Shown here: piece by piece, positions 12,181-24,392 of the stretch
How the letters are laid out: the number at the start of each line of letters is the position of its first letter
Numbering within the stretch: the first letter of the stretch is position 1
Source of the DNA: Podarcis tiliguerta
Lineage: Eukaryota
Strand: one strand, 5' to 3'
Length of the DNA: 64,000 nucleotides
Assembly: GCA_965153285.1 (NCBI GenBank)
Contig: OZ229110.1
Notes under the pieces: generated by a model
Database searches by the model: none
Seen by the model: only the letters and a program-made list of their open reading frames with translations
What the model was told of the DNA's origin: nothing
Position numbers and translations under genes: made by a program

Positions 12181-14789
12181 AGCGTGGGAGACTGATGCAG
12201 GTACCAGAAGAAACAGCACCTGAGAGAGAGAGAAAGAGAGAGACCACTTCTCTGTACCTCACTGTAAGCCCCATTCTGTAAAGCTTCCTATGTGACTGAA
12301 ATTACAGATTTTTTAAAGCTCTAGGCTAACACAACTGAGCTTCTAATTGTAACAGGAATCCCTTCCCCTCCTTCCCGCTCAACAGACAGAGAAAAAATAT
12401 ATTCTCTTTTGAGCCGCTGATGATCTGTTACACTGTCACCTGCTCACCTGTGGTCCTGTTGAAAGTTACAGATTCTCTTATTAACTTCTGGTGCGTTGTC
12501 ACATTGTCAACTGCTCACTTACGGTCCTCCATGAACCAAAGCAGCAACACAAACCTACTCACTCAATGTCTTGCCCACCCAGCTAGATCTTTGGACTGCT
12601 TTGTTTCAAGGTGGAGGGAATGTGCACATTTACTAGAATGAGTGAACCATTAACATACATCTTCCCAATATTCAGTGGTGCTTCTACGTATAGTTAGACT
12701 TTGGACTTAATGGACTAGACCCCTCTCTTTAGATGGCCATGTGATGTCTGTTGCGTAAAAGCACAATTAATATTTATCTCCCCCTTCCACTGCCATTTCA
12801 CGTTTTCCAAATGCTGTGTCGGGGCAGGACATAAAGAAGAGTTTTCTACCCCTGATTAAAAATAAAATTGAATTATGACCATATGTAGTTCCACATGATG
12901 AAACCACTTAAATCACAGCACCGTCATAGCGACTGGAATAAAACTGAGCAGACACTCTGCATGTGATTAGGAACACTGCTATATTAGGGTCCCCAATCAC
13001 ATGAGGTGTCCTACTCATATTTAAGTGAATGCAAGAACAACCCAACACAGATCTTCCCTACTCAACACTGGGGAAGACATGGACTGATAGAGGAGCATGT
13101 GTCCATGGCTGTTGGGGATGAAGCTTGCATGTGCACCCTTGGTCTCCTTCCCCATCCACATATACACATATAACATTTTGCTGTTAATGGCTACTGAGCA
13201 TGGTGGCTCGGTGTGTACTACTCTAGTAGCAGAAGCAGTATTCTTCTGAACACCAGTTGCTAGGGAACATGAGTGGGAAGAGTACTGGTACTCTGAACTC
13301 ATGCCCTGCTTGTGGGCTTCTCATAGACATCTAGCTGGCCACTGTGAGAACTGGATACTGGACTAGATTTCTCTCTCTCTCTAATCCATTGGAACATCTT
13401 TTCTGTTCTTAAAGCCAAGTGTAAGAGTCCCAGTGTCTTTTTTGTTGGAAAAGTGATGGAAGTGCTTAAGGAGAAGACTTGTGTGAGAAAATAAACAAGA
13501 GTAGTTTTTTCCTGTGGAGGAAGTTGGGTTGAGGGAATCCAGATTGGGAGGTTTTGGAAATAGGTACATTAATTTTAGGAGGGTGTTCATTTTTGAACAT
13601 GGCTATTTTGTCTGAGAGGGTGAAGTTGGTATTGTTCCATTTCCTCAAGTCAATTTCCCTTCCTATAATGGATTTTTGTATATTATTTTCACTAATATCT
13701 TCATTTATTCAGAGTTATATGCACTTTTGTAAACATTGGTTGGAAAACTTCATTGCAAAAATTTGGAAAAGGGTAAATTTCAAAGGACAGCTGTGTTTCA
13801 GTTCATCTTTGGTTTTGGAAGTGCAAAATGCAGTCTGAATCAATTTTCCCTCCATCCCTGATTCTGACCAACAGTGCTCAGTCAGTCCCCTATCTTTTTT
13901 TCTTTCCTTTTGGTGGAAGAAGTGGTGACTGAATCAATCTTATTTCGCAACATGTAAATAGGCCTGTTGCAAACTTCACCTGGAGGTGTTTCCCTATTAA
14001 CTGACTATGGGCTCCAATTCACATCCAGAATTTAGTATGTGTGAATTGTTTCTTAGGTAACATTTGACAAAGCCTGTGAATTGGATGAACCAGACACACC
14101 ATTAATCTCCCCACAAGCTATATCAAAAGTTATTTCAGTCAAGGTTATTATGGTGAACTAGATGAAGTCAAAGTTGCTGGAGCAAACTGAATAAAGCTGG
14201 CAGTTCAAACTGAGTTGAGGAAGAATACAATCTCCTGCCCCCAGACTGCCTGGAGAGAGAGAGATTTGGAATCCTTGGGTACTCAGTGTTCTGGATAAAT
14301 AGAAATAGTATTTGTCACATAGGGTTATCCAGAAGCGAGTAGCTCTTCACCACTTGCCCATAACTGCATCTGTAGCTTGATTCTCAGGGAGAATTAATAG
14401 GATGTTTCAAATAAGAGCCTGAGGAGAAGCAGAGGCTTTAGCTGCCGGGTGCCACTATCAATGCCCCAACCCCACATGAATTCATACTTCCTCTGAGGTG
14501 ACCTGGAAGCCCACCCAGCCTCTCTCTCTTTTTTCCACAACAACCCTGTGAGGTACATTAAATTAAGAGACAGTAACGTGTCCAACTCTACTTAGCAAAT
14601 GAATACAGTCAGTTCTCCTTTCTTTGGATGACTGCCCCCACTCTTGCACAAGTTAAAACCCAGTGCATTTACTGCAGCCATGATTAAAGAATAACTGAGC
14701 ACTGGAGTCTTATCAATTAATATATATTTCATTAAATATTATATAATTTCATTTATTATATAACAAATTCTTATATTTCCTTATACTGC

Positions 14790-15700
14790 TCTTCCTTTAG
14801 CAAGTTCAGAGTAGCTTCCTTGGGGGAATCCCAGTGGTCTTACTTCCAGACACTGCTTTGATCCATCATTCCCATGCTCAGTTAGGTCCTTCTACAGCAA
14901 TGAGAGAGAGAGAGAAAAGGTCCGTGTAGAAGAAATGCAGATAAATCCAGTAACAGTTATTCCCATTTATCCTATCCCCCTGTTTCCTTTCTCTGTGTTC
15001 ATTTTCTTCTTCCTTCCTTCTGGCCGAGAACGTGCTGGCCTTGAAAGCTGAGAGCCGTGGGACAGACTCGTCTCCAGATGGATCATTTGCTTAAGTTGAC
15101 CGTAAAATTGTGTCTGCTCCAGTGCCGCCATAGTGGCGCTGGAGGGAGCCTAGCCCATTCCAGCTGTTTGGCACGGTGGGTGGAGAGGGCATGCAGGATG
15201 CCAAGTTAGGACTCCCTAGAGGGTAGGCATGGTTCAAATGCCTCCCTTTCAGTCTGTGGCATAAATATTGCCTCTGAGAAGAGCAACTGAAGAGGAGTCC
15301 CTGCTGCTTTGACATCATTGCCGTTTGGAGAATTCCTTCATTCATATAGTGGACGTTGTTCTGTGGTGGGAGGCAAGAACTCTGGACAGAGGCCAAGGTC
15401 TACCAGCTGGTCTCCACTTGCAGTTCTGGCCCCATTTTGTCTGCAGTCTGCTCAGGGCTTCTCCTAGAAACAGCTTCTGCAAGTTGGATGGAAGAATAAA
15501 TGCTTGTTTAGAGCACCAAGGTGGTCTAGCCCCAGTTAACATGGTAGTTGCTTTGTGCCAATTTGCTTTGCAAAACTAACCAGGATAAATAGTTCTTAAA
15601 GCCAGGCTTTATGTGGCATTCCATTCTGTTTATTTTTGAACTGTATGCGCCTTTAAAACTTGTTTGGTTTTGCAATGGATATTGGTGATAAAGTAAATTG
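14790..15700 (+). pseudogene. Orphan duplicate of POLD4 intron-3 end, last exon (15253-15277, (S)LWHKYCL*) and 3' UTR
   Basis: Collinear but diverged match to about 51850-52670; acceptor tttcag and the stop are intact; no exons 1-3 recognised upstream. Confidence 0.75.
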
Positions 15701-18700
15701 ATTAACTGCATAGTCCAGGAATGATTTACTACTGAACAGGGAGGCCAACGGGATTTTCTGGGGCCAGTATACTGTGTGGGGATTCAGCCCTCTGCTGCAC
15801 ATGCAAAAGAAGACACATATGTGAACACAATTTGCATATAGTGTATATCATATGCAGATTTGTACCCTTTTTTGCAGGTAGGTCTGAAACATATCAGGGA
15901 TCACACAGAGAAATAAGAGGTCTGATGGACAAAATATCAATAGGGGAAGCTTTCCCTATAACTAGTTCCATACCAGTAAAAGTTTGCTCTGTTTAATATC
16001 CCTCTGCAACATAGCTGGTAAAGACATGAGAGAACTGCTCTCCTCCACAGCCAGCCCCAAACCATGGAAATAAATCAAGTTTCATGAGTTGTAAACTAGT
16101 TATCTCACTGTAGGTCTTTGTCTGCTGATTTTAGGATAGCAAAACTGCATTCAGAGCAAGCTCAGCCTAGAATTGTGGATGGATGGAGTCAAAAGCGATT
16201 TAAGATTTAGGCAATTCTGTTCAGATGCTCATGACTGGATAGCAAGATTTAAATAGGGGGGAAAGCAAGCAGAGTATTAATTTGTTGTGGTTATTTATTA
16301 ATAACTACACCATTCCCCCCCCCTTTTTTTGAACAAACAGGATTTGAAATCCCTACTCAGTTCATTTCGTGCCCATGAACCAGACACTGTCTCTTAGAAA
16401 CATGTACCACCATCAAGTGAGCTAGCTCAGGACTGAGTTAATACAACTGAAGTGGTCGTCTCTGCCTGCACCTAGGGAGTACATCATCCCCCTTGACCCC
16501 AACTAGAGCTGGAGATGCAGCTTGTTATATAAACATGTGAAAATTGTGAGCTATCTGTGTCCTTTAGCTATTTCAGCAGCTAAATGTCTGCTTTGTTTAC
16601 TATTGCTGTGGATGTACTACAGAGAGGTCCAAGACCAGACGGGGAAAGAGCCAAAGCCAAATGATGGGTGTTTCTTGACCTGAAGTTGGACCAGTTTATT
16701 GAAACCCCCAAGGCAAAGGAAAGTAGTTATTATTTAAAGTTGATCCCTAGATGGCATCAAGAACACAGCTTTACTTCTCTTGTGCCTCTAACAAAACATA
16801 TTTAGGTGGTGTATTTTACTCAGTCTATGTAGGAGAAGGTACCATTGATAGGTTGTATTGAATAAATTTCCCTTCAAATTAGCCCTAATTAGTGCTGATG
16901 GTATAGATTTGAACAACTATTCCTACTCAGTTTGCTGCATTGTAAGATTGTATTTTATCAGCTCCCTTCCCCATTTCCTTTTATATGTTGGTTGTAATTG
17001 TTCTCTTTTCAGTGCAGACAGAATTAGATATATTTTGTATTGTTTATTTCTGGTTGACTTGTAACAAATGGAGTTTTCAAATGGAGTTTCAAGGCATGGT
17101 GTTCTATATTTTATTAATAATAGTTTGATTATGTGTCTTAGTTGAAAAAACCATAAACTAAACTGAGGACATTTTTTGATTTATTAGAGTTAGTGCTTGA
17201 TCATAAGAGATAATGTTGTGGGATAACCAGGCTCATATAACCAACAACACTTAGGTCTAATTAATGCATGAAGGGGTTAATACCACAAACTATCCTACCA
17301 AACTTAGCTATGTCCACTTCCTCTCACCTTGGGAGGAATTATGTAATCAAGCCTTTGTTCTCTCCCAGTCTACTTTAGAAGCTCACTGAGTGAAGAGGTT
17401 TGAACTGGTTGCTCCAGTTCAGACTGCATGGCTCTCACAAGCCACTCTTATGTTCCTATATCAGTAATTTTGGAACTTTCACCACTTTGCAACTAAGCCA
17501 AGTTTTATTGCCTGTGCAACTTTCTGAAGCACACAAATCTGACCTTTGAAGGGTTTGTAAGTAAACCACTCTTGACTTACCAAACATGGTCTTTTTCTAT
17601 GCTAGGGGAAGAGGGAAACTTTGGAAGGAACTTCAGTTTTAAAGGTCTAACTACTGTACCTATATTTCCATGCTTTACTCTGCTATGTGTTCTGTGATTT
17701 TAAATCTCTGCTGGGGTTCTCTCAATTAAGAATGAAGTTAAAGGAGATATTCCAAGAGCTTTACCTTCTTCACAGCTTGCCAGACGCCACCAAACAGAGG
17801 ATCTGGAATGAAAGTTCTAGATAATAATTTCCTGCCCAGAAGGCTACTTCCAGCACCACTCAAAGTTTAAAGTGGAGGTGGGGCAAATAAGTTGAAAACT
17901 AAGTTTCCCCCTGCTTAGGCAGCATGAAGCTACAGCATGCCATGAGTACTTGCACATGGACAGCTGAATAACAAAAACAAAACCCATAATGTAAAACAAC
18001 TTTGAAAATACAGAAGATAAAAAGGCAGAAATTGTCAGAGGCATATAGATTAGCTAATGTTTCATGAGGTGTGTGTGGAACTCACAGGCTACAGTAGCAG
18101 GTGAAAACCTTTACTCAAATTGGCCTCAGATTAACATGGCCATCTTAGCCAGGGAAAGTATACTCATGCTAGATTTAAACAAGCTTGGAACTAGCTCAAA
18201 CAATCTGGAAATGACAAACAAACTGAAGTGCTTGGAAATCTCTTTTTTCATAAAAGAAATGCTGTAAAATAAATCAGATAGTCTTGTAAAACAACACCAA
18301 TATAGGCCCAGAAAGAATTACCTTAGATATTTTGTGTTGTAGACAACTTATTTCTACTCAGAGTAGACTAGTAGAAATTCATGGACCTAAGCTAATCAGA
18401 TCTACTCATTTCAATTGGTCTACTCCAAAACTACTTCAATTGGTCTTTGAATAACATTGGATACAACCCCCATGGTAGGTAGGCATATAGATAGATAGAT
18501 AGAGTTACTGTGTAAAGCAGTATAACCTTGATCAACAGCTTATGGAGAAGTAAATTGAAAAAGTGGTAAAAGGGAACAATGTGAGATGTCTTACATCTAG
18601 TAGCACTACACAGATTGTTGTGGTTTCATCTTTTTTTGGTTTTGTTTGTCTTTGTAATGATTTGGTCCTTTAATTAAATGGTGACATATTGGCTGTATAT

Positions 18701-18749
18701 ATATTTAGGGATCCCCCTGATGACCTATGTACTGAGCAATGTTCTTGAT

Positions 18750-18880
18750 TTTCTTCCTTGGAGGCTTTTAAGGTTGGATGGCAATCTGTCATGTATGATC
18801 TAGTTTGAGATCCTTGTTATGCAGGGGGTTGGACTTGATGACCCCCAGGGTCCCTTCCCAGATACAATTTTAATATTCTG
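18750..18880 (+). mobile_element. CR1-type LINE 3' end fragment
   Basis: gcagggggttggacttgatgacccccagggtcccttcc 3'-terminal motif. Confidence 0.6.
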
Positions 18881-19536
18881 ACTCTAGAAACAAACTGTTG
18901 CCTATTGTATCAGAAGGAGACCTCCATCACACACCCCTAGTAATGCTACAATGCTTAACAAGGTATTTACCCTCTTTACGTGAGGCAAGTGAATGAATGA
19001 TTAAATGGGTGTGGTGCTTTAGTAAATAATAATATCTGCAGCATTGGGCAGGGGGCGACAGGCAACTCAACCAGCATTTGCGTCACTGATGTATGTCTGT
19101 CTCAAACGCATTGTATGTGTTTGTTGAAATTGGGCACCGTGTGGGAGAGATAACTATGACGAGCCCTGCCTACAGATGCCTCTGTAGGTTTGCTTAGATG
19201 GCGATGGCATCTAAACAAGATATATTTGTGTCCAAGGTGTTGGGCTCTGCCTGACGTTCTGTTGTACAGAATATGAGTTGGATTGTCTCAAAGAAACTTA
19301 AAAAAAGACTTAAGATTGACTTAAAAGAGACAGAAGGGAAAATGTGTTTTAGACTGACATCAGGACTAACTTTAACCTTAATTCTTATCAGGTATGAAAA
19401 GTAGCAGCAATAGCTGCTTTGCTATGTATTTCAATTTAATTTTAAATATGTCCAGAGCAGGCCACTAAATCTGGCCATGATGCTAACTAACCCTGAAGTG
19501 ATGTGCACAGTTCTGGGAGCGAAAGGTTGCAGTGTA

Positions 19537-21985
19537 TTATCTTGTGGGCTGGAGGCTTGGTGTAAAGAAAAGTGCATAATTCGTCAAGGGCAAGATGTGG
19601 AATCCTTGACGCTTCAATGTCTGTTTGCTAGGCTGGTTGTCTGCCAAAACCGTAGTATACAGGGGGAACCCAGATGCGTGCAACTTCACAGCTGTTGCCC
19701 TTGTCACAGCTGCCACACAGCCTTGACCTCGGTACTGAGGGAGGGTGTAGCCATGTGTCAAACAACCCATTTGATCAGTAAGGCACCAGGAAACCAGCTG
19801 GTCTTCTTTGTCCAGGAGGCAAGCACTAGGGAAGTTGTGGATCAGGCTGTCCAGATAGCGCAGGCTCCGATCATTGCGTCCCCAGTTTTCATTGAGCAGA
19901 GCTGAATGAGAGGAGTTTAGGCTGCCGAAGTGGAAGTGGCCACTTCTGTACCTGAAATGCAAAGAGAGGCAGTGATGGCGGTTGAGCAGACTGAAAGCAT
20001 CCCTTAGGCTTAAAAAGTATTTTGTCACTATCCCCCGGAACAAAGGAACAGGAAGTTGCAAGAGAAACTCAGGAAGTGACCCTGTGACTTTCTCCTCCTG
20101 TTTTGTGGGCGGGACTAACACAGGACATAGCAATCAGATGTGGAGCTTTGTGTTGGGTTACAATTCACTGCTTACTGATTATGAGGAGGAATGTTTTGAG
20201 AATTCTGATGAAAATAGAAGCAGAAATTGCTGGTGTTCACCTAGTCAGCCCTTTTTCAGAACAGAATACAACCCAAAGAATACTGGATATTTGCTGATGT
20301 TATTTTCAGTCCACAAGTAATATGCAATGATATTGTTAAGAGTTGCAGAGGAGAGCTGAGGCCCTCCTTTCCCCTGGACCTAGGAAGTGTTAAAATATAA
20401 GTCAGGCTAGCTTCCTGTGCTGACGTGATCACCTGGCCATTAAGAGAACAAAGGATTAAGAGGCTTGGTGTGAGATGATAAATGGGTAGGGGCCCCCTCT
20501 CTCAACTAAATTTCAAAGGATGGTTGTATTTAAGGAAAGTGCAAGCCTTTAAATGGGAACTAAATTTAATTTCTCCCCCTCTCCAGTCAACAAACTCCCA
20601 TCATTTAGATACCCCAGGGTGAGAGTGCACTCACTAACCGGCTCTGACAGTAGGCAGATGGGTCAGGATGCAAGATTGTCTGGTAGAAGTATGGCTTAAG
20701 ATTGACACGTCTGGATTCTGCAATATCTCTGAGAGCTTCATATAAACCATATTGGAGCCCTGCACACAATGAAAATGAGATGTCAACCTGGGGGTGAGCA
20801 ATTATATTTTCTAATGCTCTGTGTCTGCACCTCTCTTGCTATTGTATGATTATAGTGTTGTGTGCCAGCCAATCTTTGAGCAGTGCGAGATTCCAGGGGT
20901 TCCAGGCGATTACCCAGGGTTGGTGTTTCCTTTGCAATGAGGGACAGCAGAGACTGTGGTGTCTCTGTGGCATGTGGTTTATTTACACATATACACAACC
21001 TGAGCAGTGTTAACACCCCAAGAGGGACTTGTTTCCCCCATGGTCACAGCCTTCTATTCAAACAGAAATCAAACATTGCTCTCTCTCTCCCTCTCCCTCC
21101 CCCTCCCTCCCTCCCTCTCTCCCTCCCTCTCTCCCCCCAGCTTGCTAATGTGCTCACATCACTCTAACTCTCTGCTCTCAACTCAGCCTCTGCCCACCCA
21201 TTTTCTAACTACCCACCCATTTTCCATCTCACACAGAGCCACTTCCTTGGTACCTCTCAATGTCTCATCACCTTACCAGGAAGCTAGTTTTGCTATTCCA
21301 GGAATGGAATAAGTAGAGCGTGAGGAGCTTTACCTTGAAGCTGAAAGGCCTTTCCCCAGTCAATGGCTTCTGCATTTTCCAACAGTGTTCGCCAGGCGTC
21401 TACATCCCAGTAGAAAGCAGTATGAAAGTTGGTGTAGTAATCCTGCTTATCTTTTACCACCTGCAGAACGTGGCACAGTCATTTGGCTATTGACAGGGCG
21501 CAGGTAGCGGGGGTTGGTTGGGTCTTATTAACGACGGAGAGCAGGAGCAAGAGAAAGGCAAAGGAGGCAGGAACAGGCCCAGCGCCACCACGGAGTGCGT
21601 CTCCAGCCTCAGAAGCTATTGTCTCTTGGGCTTTTTCTCACAGGTTCAGGGGACGGGTTATGGGAGAATTCTTACCTCCTTACGTGGGCGGGTAAGGACA
21701 ACTTTAAACTCCGGCCAAGAGTCCACCACCACTTCGTGCTGAGCTGGATTTCTACGGTTGATGTGCATCACAGCTCCGTTGGCCTGCCAAGGAAAGGAGG
21801 GGAGTTAGCTAGAGGAAAAATCCATGTTGCTCCATGAGAAAATGGTAGGAATTGCCATTTGTTAAATTGATGGGGAAAGGGGACGGCAGTAGAGGAGCGA
21901 GAATTACCGGAAGAGCCTGGGGCTGGTGCCGTTGCAGCACAGTCTCCAGCAGCTTCAACTTGGAGGGGCAGGTCAGGATCTGCAT
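19537..21985 (-). CDS. GLYATL3-like N-acyltransferase, copy B (282 aa); exons 21985-21908, 21783-21676, 21460-21334, 20759-20639, 19951-19537
   Basis: Exons of 78/108/127/121/415 nt in frame; [33 protein letters not shown]. Confidence 0.9.
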
Positions 21986-23084
21986 GGCTGGCCAAAGAGG
22001 GGCTGGTGGCTACGTCAGGTTCCAGGAAAGATAACGTGGGTGGGAAGGAAGCACTTGAAGGGGACGAAACGCAGAAAGAAATGCATCGGACCCTTACACT
22101 CAGTGCTACCGGACAATCCACAAGCAGAATGACTTGCCATTTCTCATGAGATCTCTAGTACTCAAATTACTTCACTAATTATGTCCGTAGATCAGGGATA
22201 TATGGAGTTGATTCCTATTCTGGCTGAGGACACCGACAGTGGCTGCCCCTCATTCAGACAGTCCCCAACTCCCCTTTGCAGCTCGTCAAACCATTTCCTC
22301 ATTTTTCTAGCGTTGAGGCAGAGCTGAATTGGTAGGCAAGATGATTTGGGTCCCACTTATTTAGGGGGATTAGGTTGTCCCCTTCAGAGGTCCACAAAGA
22401 CAGCTGCAGTGCTTACCTGAAGGGACACGTCTGCCTTTGAGAAGAAGGTAGCAGCCTATTGCAGGGCCACTGGCATGATATGGAATGCCATCCTTGCTGA
22501 GACAATTTATCCACTTAAGCATTTTTAAAAAAAATTCCTGAAGCAATAAGCCATTAACAGGCTGGTGCCTTGGCCTTTTTCCCAGTGTCTCAACAGAGAA
22601 GGAAGTTTGGCTGCAAAATGCTTTTGCTTGACTCAGATGGTCACAAGTCCAGAGAACATGAGAGATTTGGCATATACTATGACTTATGTCCAGGCTTCCA
22701 TGCGCCCTTGGCAAGGAGCTGTATCATCAACTCTGAAGCCGCCCTGCTGGGCACTCCACCCCTCCAAGCCAGAGTCGAGGGGCGTGATATTGACGCCCCC
22801 CTGGGAGCGGGGGCCAACCTAACCAATCCCTAGAAAGCCCCTGCTTACACTTGGCCAAGTCTTCTCAACCCTGCACAGATCTACTTTGTTTCAAGTTCAG
22901 AGCAGGACAGCTAGATATTCATTCACCAGGGTCTCTTTCTCATTTCACTGCAATGTGGTAGTGGGATGAGCTCTGACAACATGCAAAAGTCAATCCAGAG
23001 TACACAGTGAGATGGTTCATACATAACTTTAAACCACAGTTAAAACTCAACTATGATTTAATGTTCACCTAAGGATGGAAGCAA

Positions 23085-23432
23085 GGGACGCAGGTGGCAC
23101 TGTGGGTTAAACCACAGAGCCTAGGACTTGCTGATCAGAAGGTCGGCGGTTCGAATCCCCACGATGGGGTGAGCTCCCATTGCTTAGTCCCTGCTCCTGC
23201 CAACCTAGCAGTTTGAAAGCATGTCAAAGTGCAAGTAGATAAATAGGAACTGCTCCGGCAGGAAGGTAAACAGTGTTTCCATGCGCTGCTCTGGTTTGCC
23301 AGAAGTTGCTTAGTCATGCTGGCCACATGACCCGGAAGCTGTACGCCGGCTCCCTTGGCCAGTAAAGCAAGATGAGCGCCACAACGCCAGTCATGACTGG
23401 GCCAGTCATGACTGGGCCTAATCCTTACCTTT
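23085..23432 (+). mobile_element. Sauria SINE
   Basis: Head GGGACGCAGGTGGCACTGTGGGTTAAACC, B-box GGTTCGAATCC, CCTTACCTTT tail; TSD TAAGGAT(G/T)GAAGCAA. Confidence 0.9.
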
Positions 23433-24392
23433 TAAGGATTGAAGCAAACCTGAGTAACAACTAGTTCTTCCTTTTGTGAGATGAGAAAGCCTTCCATAGA
23501 AGAAGGTGATTAAGCTGACCTGGTATGGGAAGAGGTGATGGGGGGGGGGCATAGCAGAGGAAGAAAAGGTTAACTCTTCTCTCTGCAGATGCGATTTCCA
23601 AAATTGCCCCTCTTCTGTTACAACTAGGTTTGGAAACAAAGCATACTACTGGCTCCAATGTAATTGTTGTGGGATGTTCTTCCTGGAAATTGCAGGAAGA
23701 TGAAAGGTTAACTCTTCCGCTGGTGTGCTCTCCACAAAGTGCGCCCCGGTATTACGTTTTAAAAAACAGAAAATGCCTTTTACAAGTGTAATTGCTGGTG
23801 GGACTGCGGGTGGGTAGGGTTTAGAGTGAGTGTGTGGCTGCAGGTGAAATGTGAGCGGTTGTCAATGACAGTTTATAAGGTTTGCAAATATGCCCATGGT
23901 CCCAAAAAAGATTGGTCACCATTGCCAACCTGTGACTTTTGGGAGAACTCAAAAACATACGCAGTATATTGTGATATTTTGGTTGGCCTAAAGGTATTTA
24001 TTTATGTATTTTTTATTAAATTTGTATACCCTGCCCTTCATCCATAGATCTCAGGGCTGCTCACAACATAAAAATACAATATAAATACACAAAATACATA
24101 ATAAAATCAAGAACAAACAAACAAAACACAAACACACAAACCAATACCCCCCCTAAGTATTCAAAATGCTAGTATTTTACTATTATATCATTAGACCATT
24201 GCTTGGCTGGTTGCTCATTCTTGATATATGGCTTAAGGTATCTTAAGTGATATTTTTTAAAAAACCTATATGTATAAGAGAGGAACAGGAAACTCCAGGA
24301 TTGGTGTAGTGATGGGTTTGTTTCTCTTTCATTCAGGGAGCTACTGAAGTCAAAGAGAGGAGATACTTTGGGACTCTCTCCTCCTCCCTTTA

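Noticed and set aside
17214-17774. TG...CA bounded, LTR-like segment
   Set aside because: No target-site duplication and no empty paralogous site to confirm the boundaries
19477-19905. Antisense ORFs over GLYATL exon 5 (also 33718-34095 and 24646-24915)
   Set aside because: Shadow ORFs of the real minus-strand coding exons
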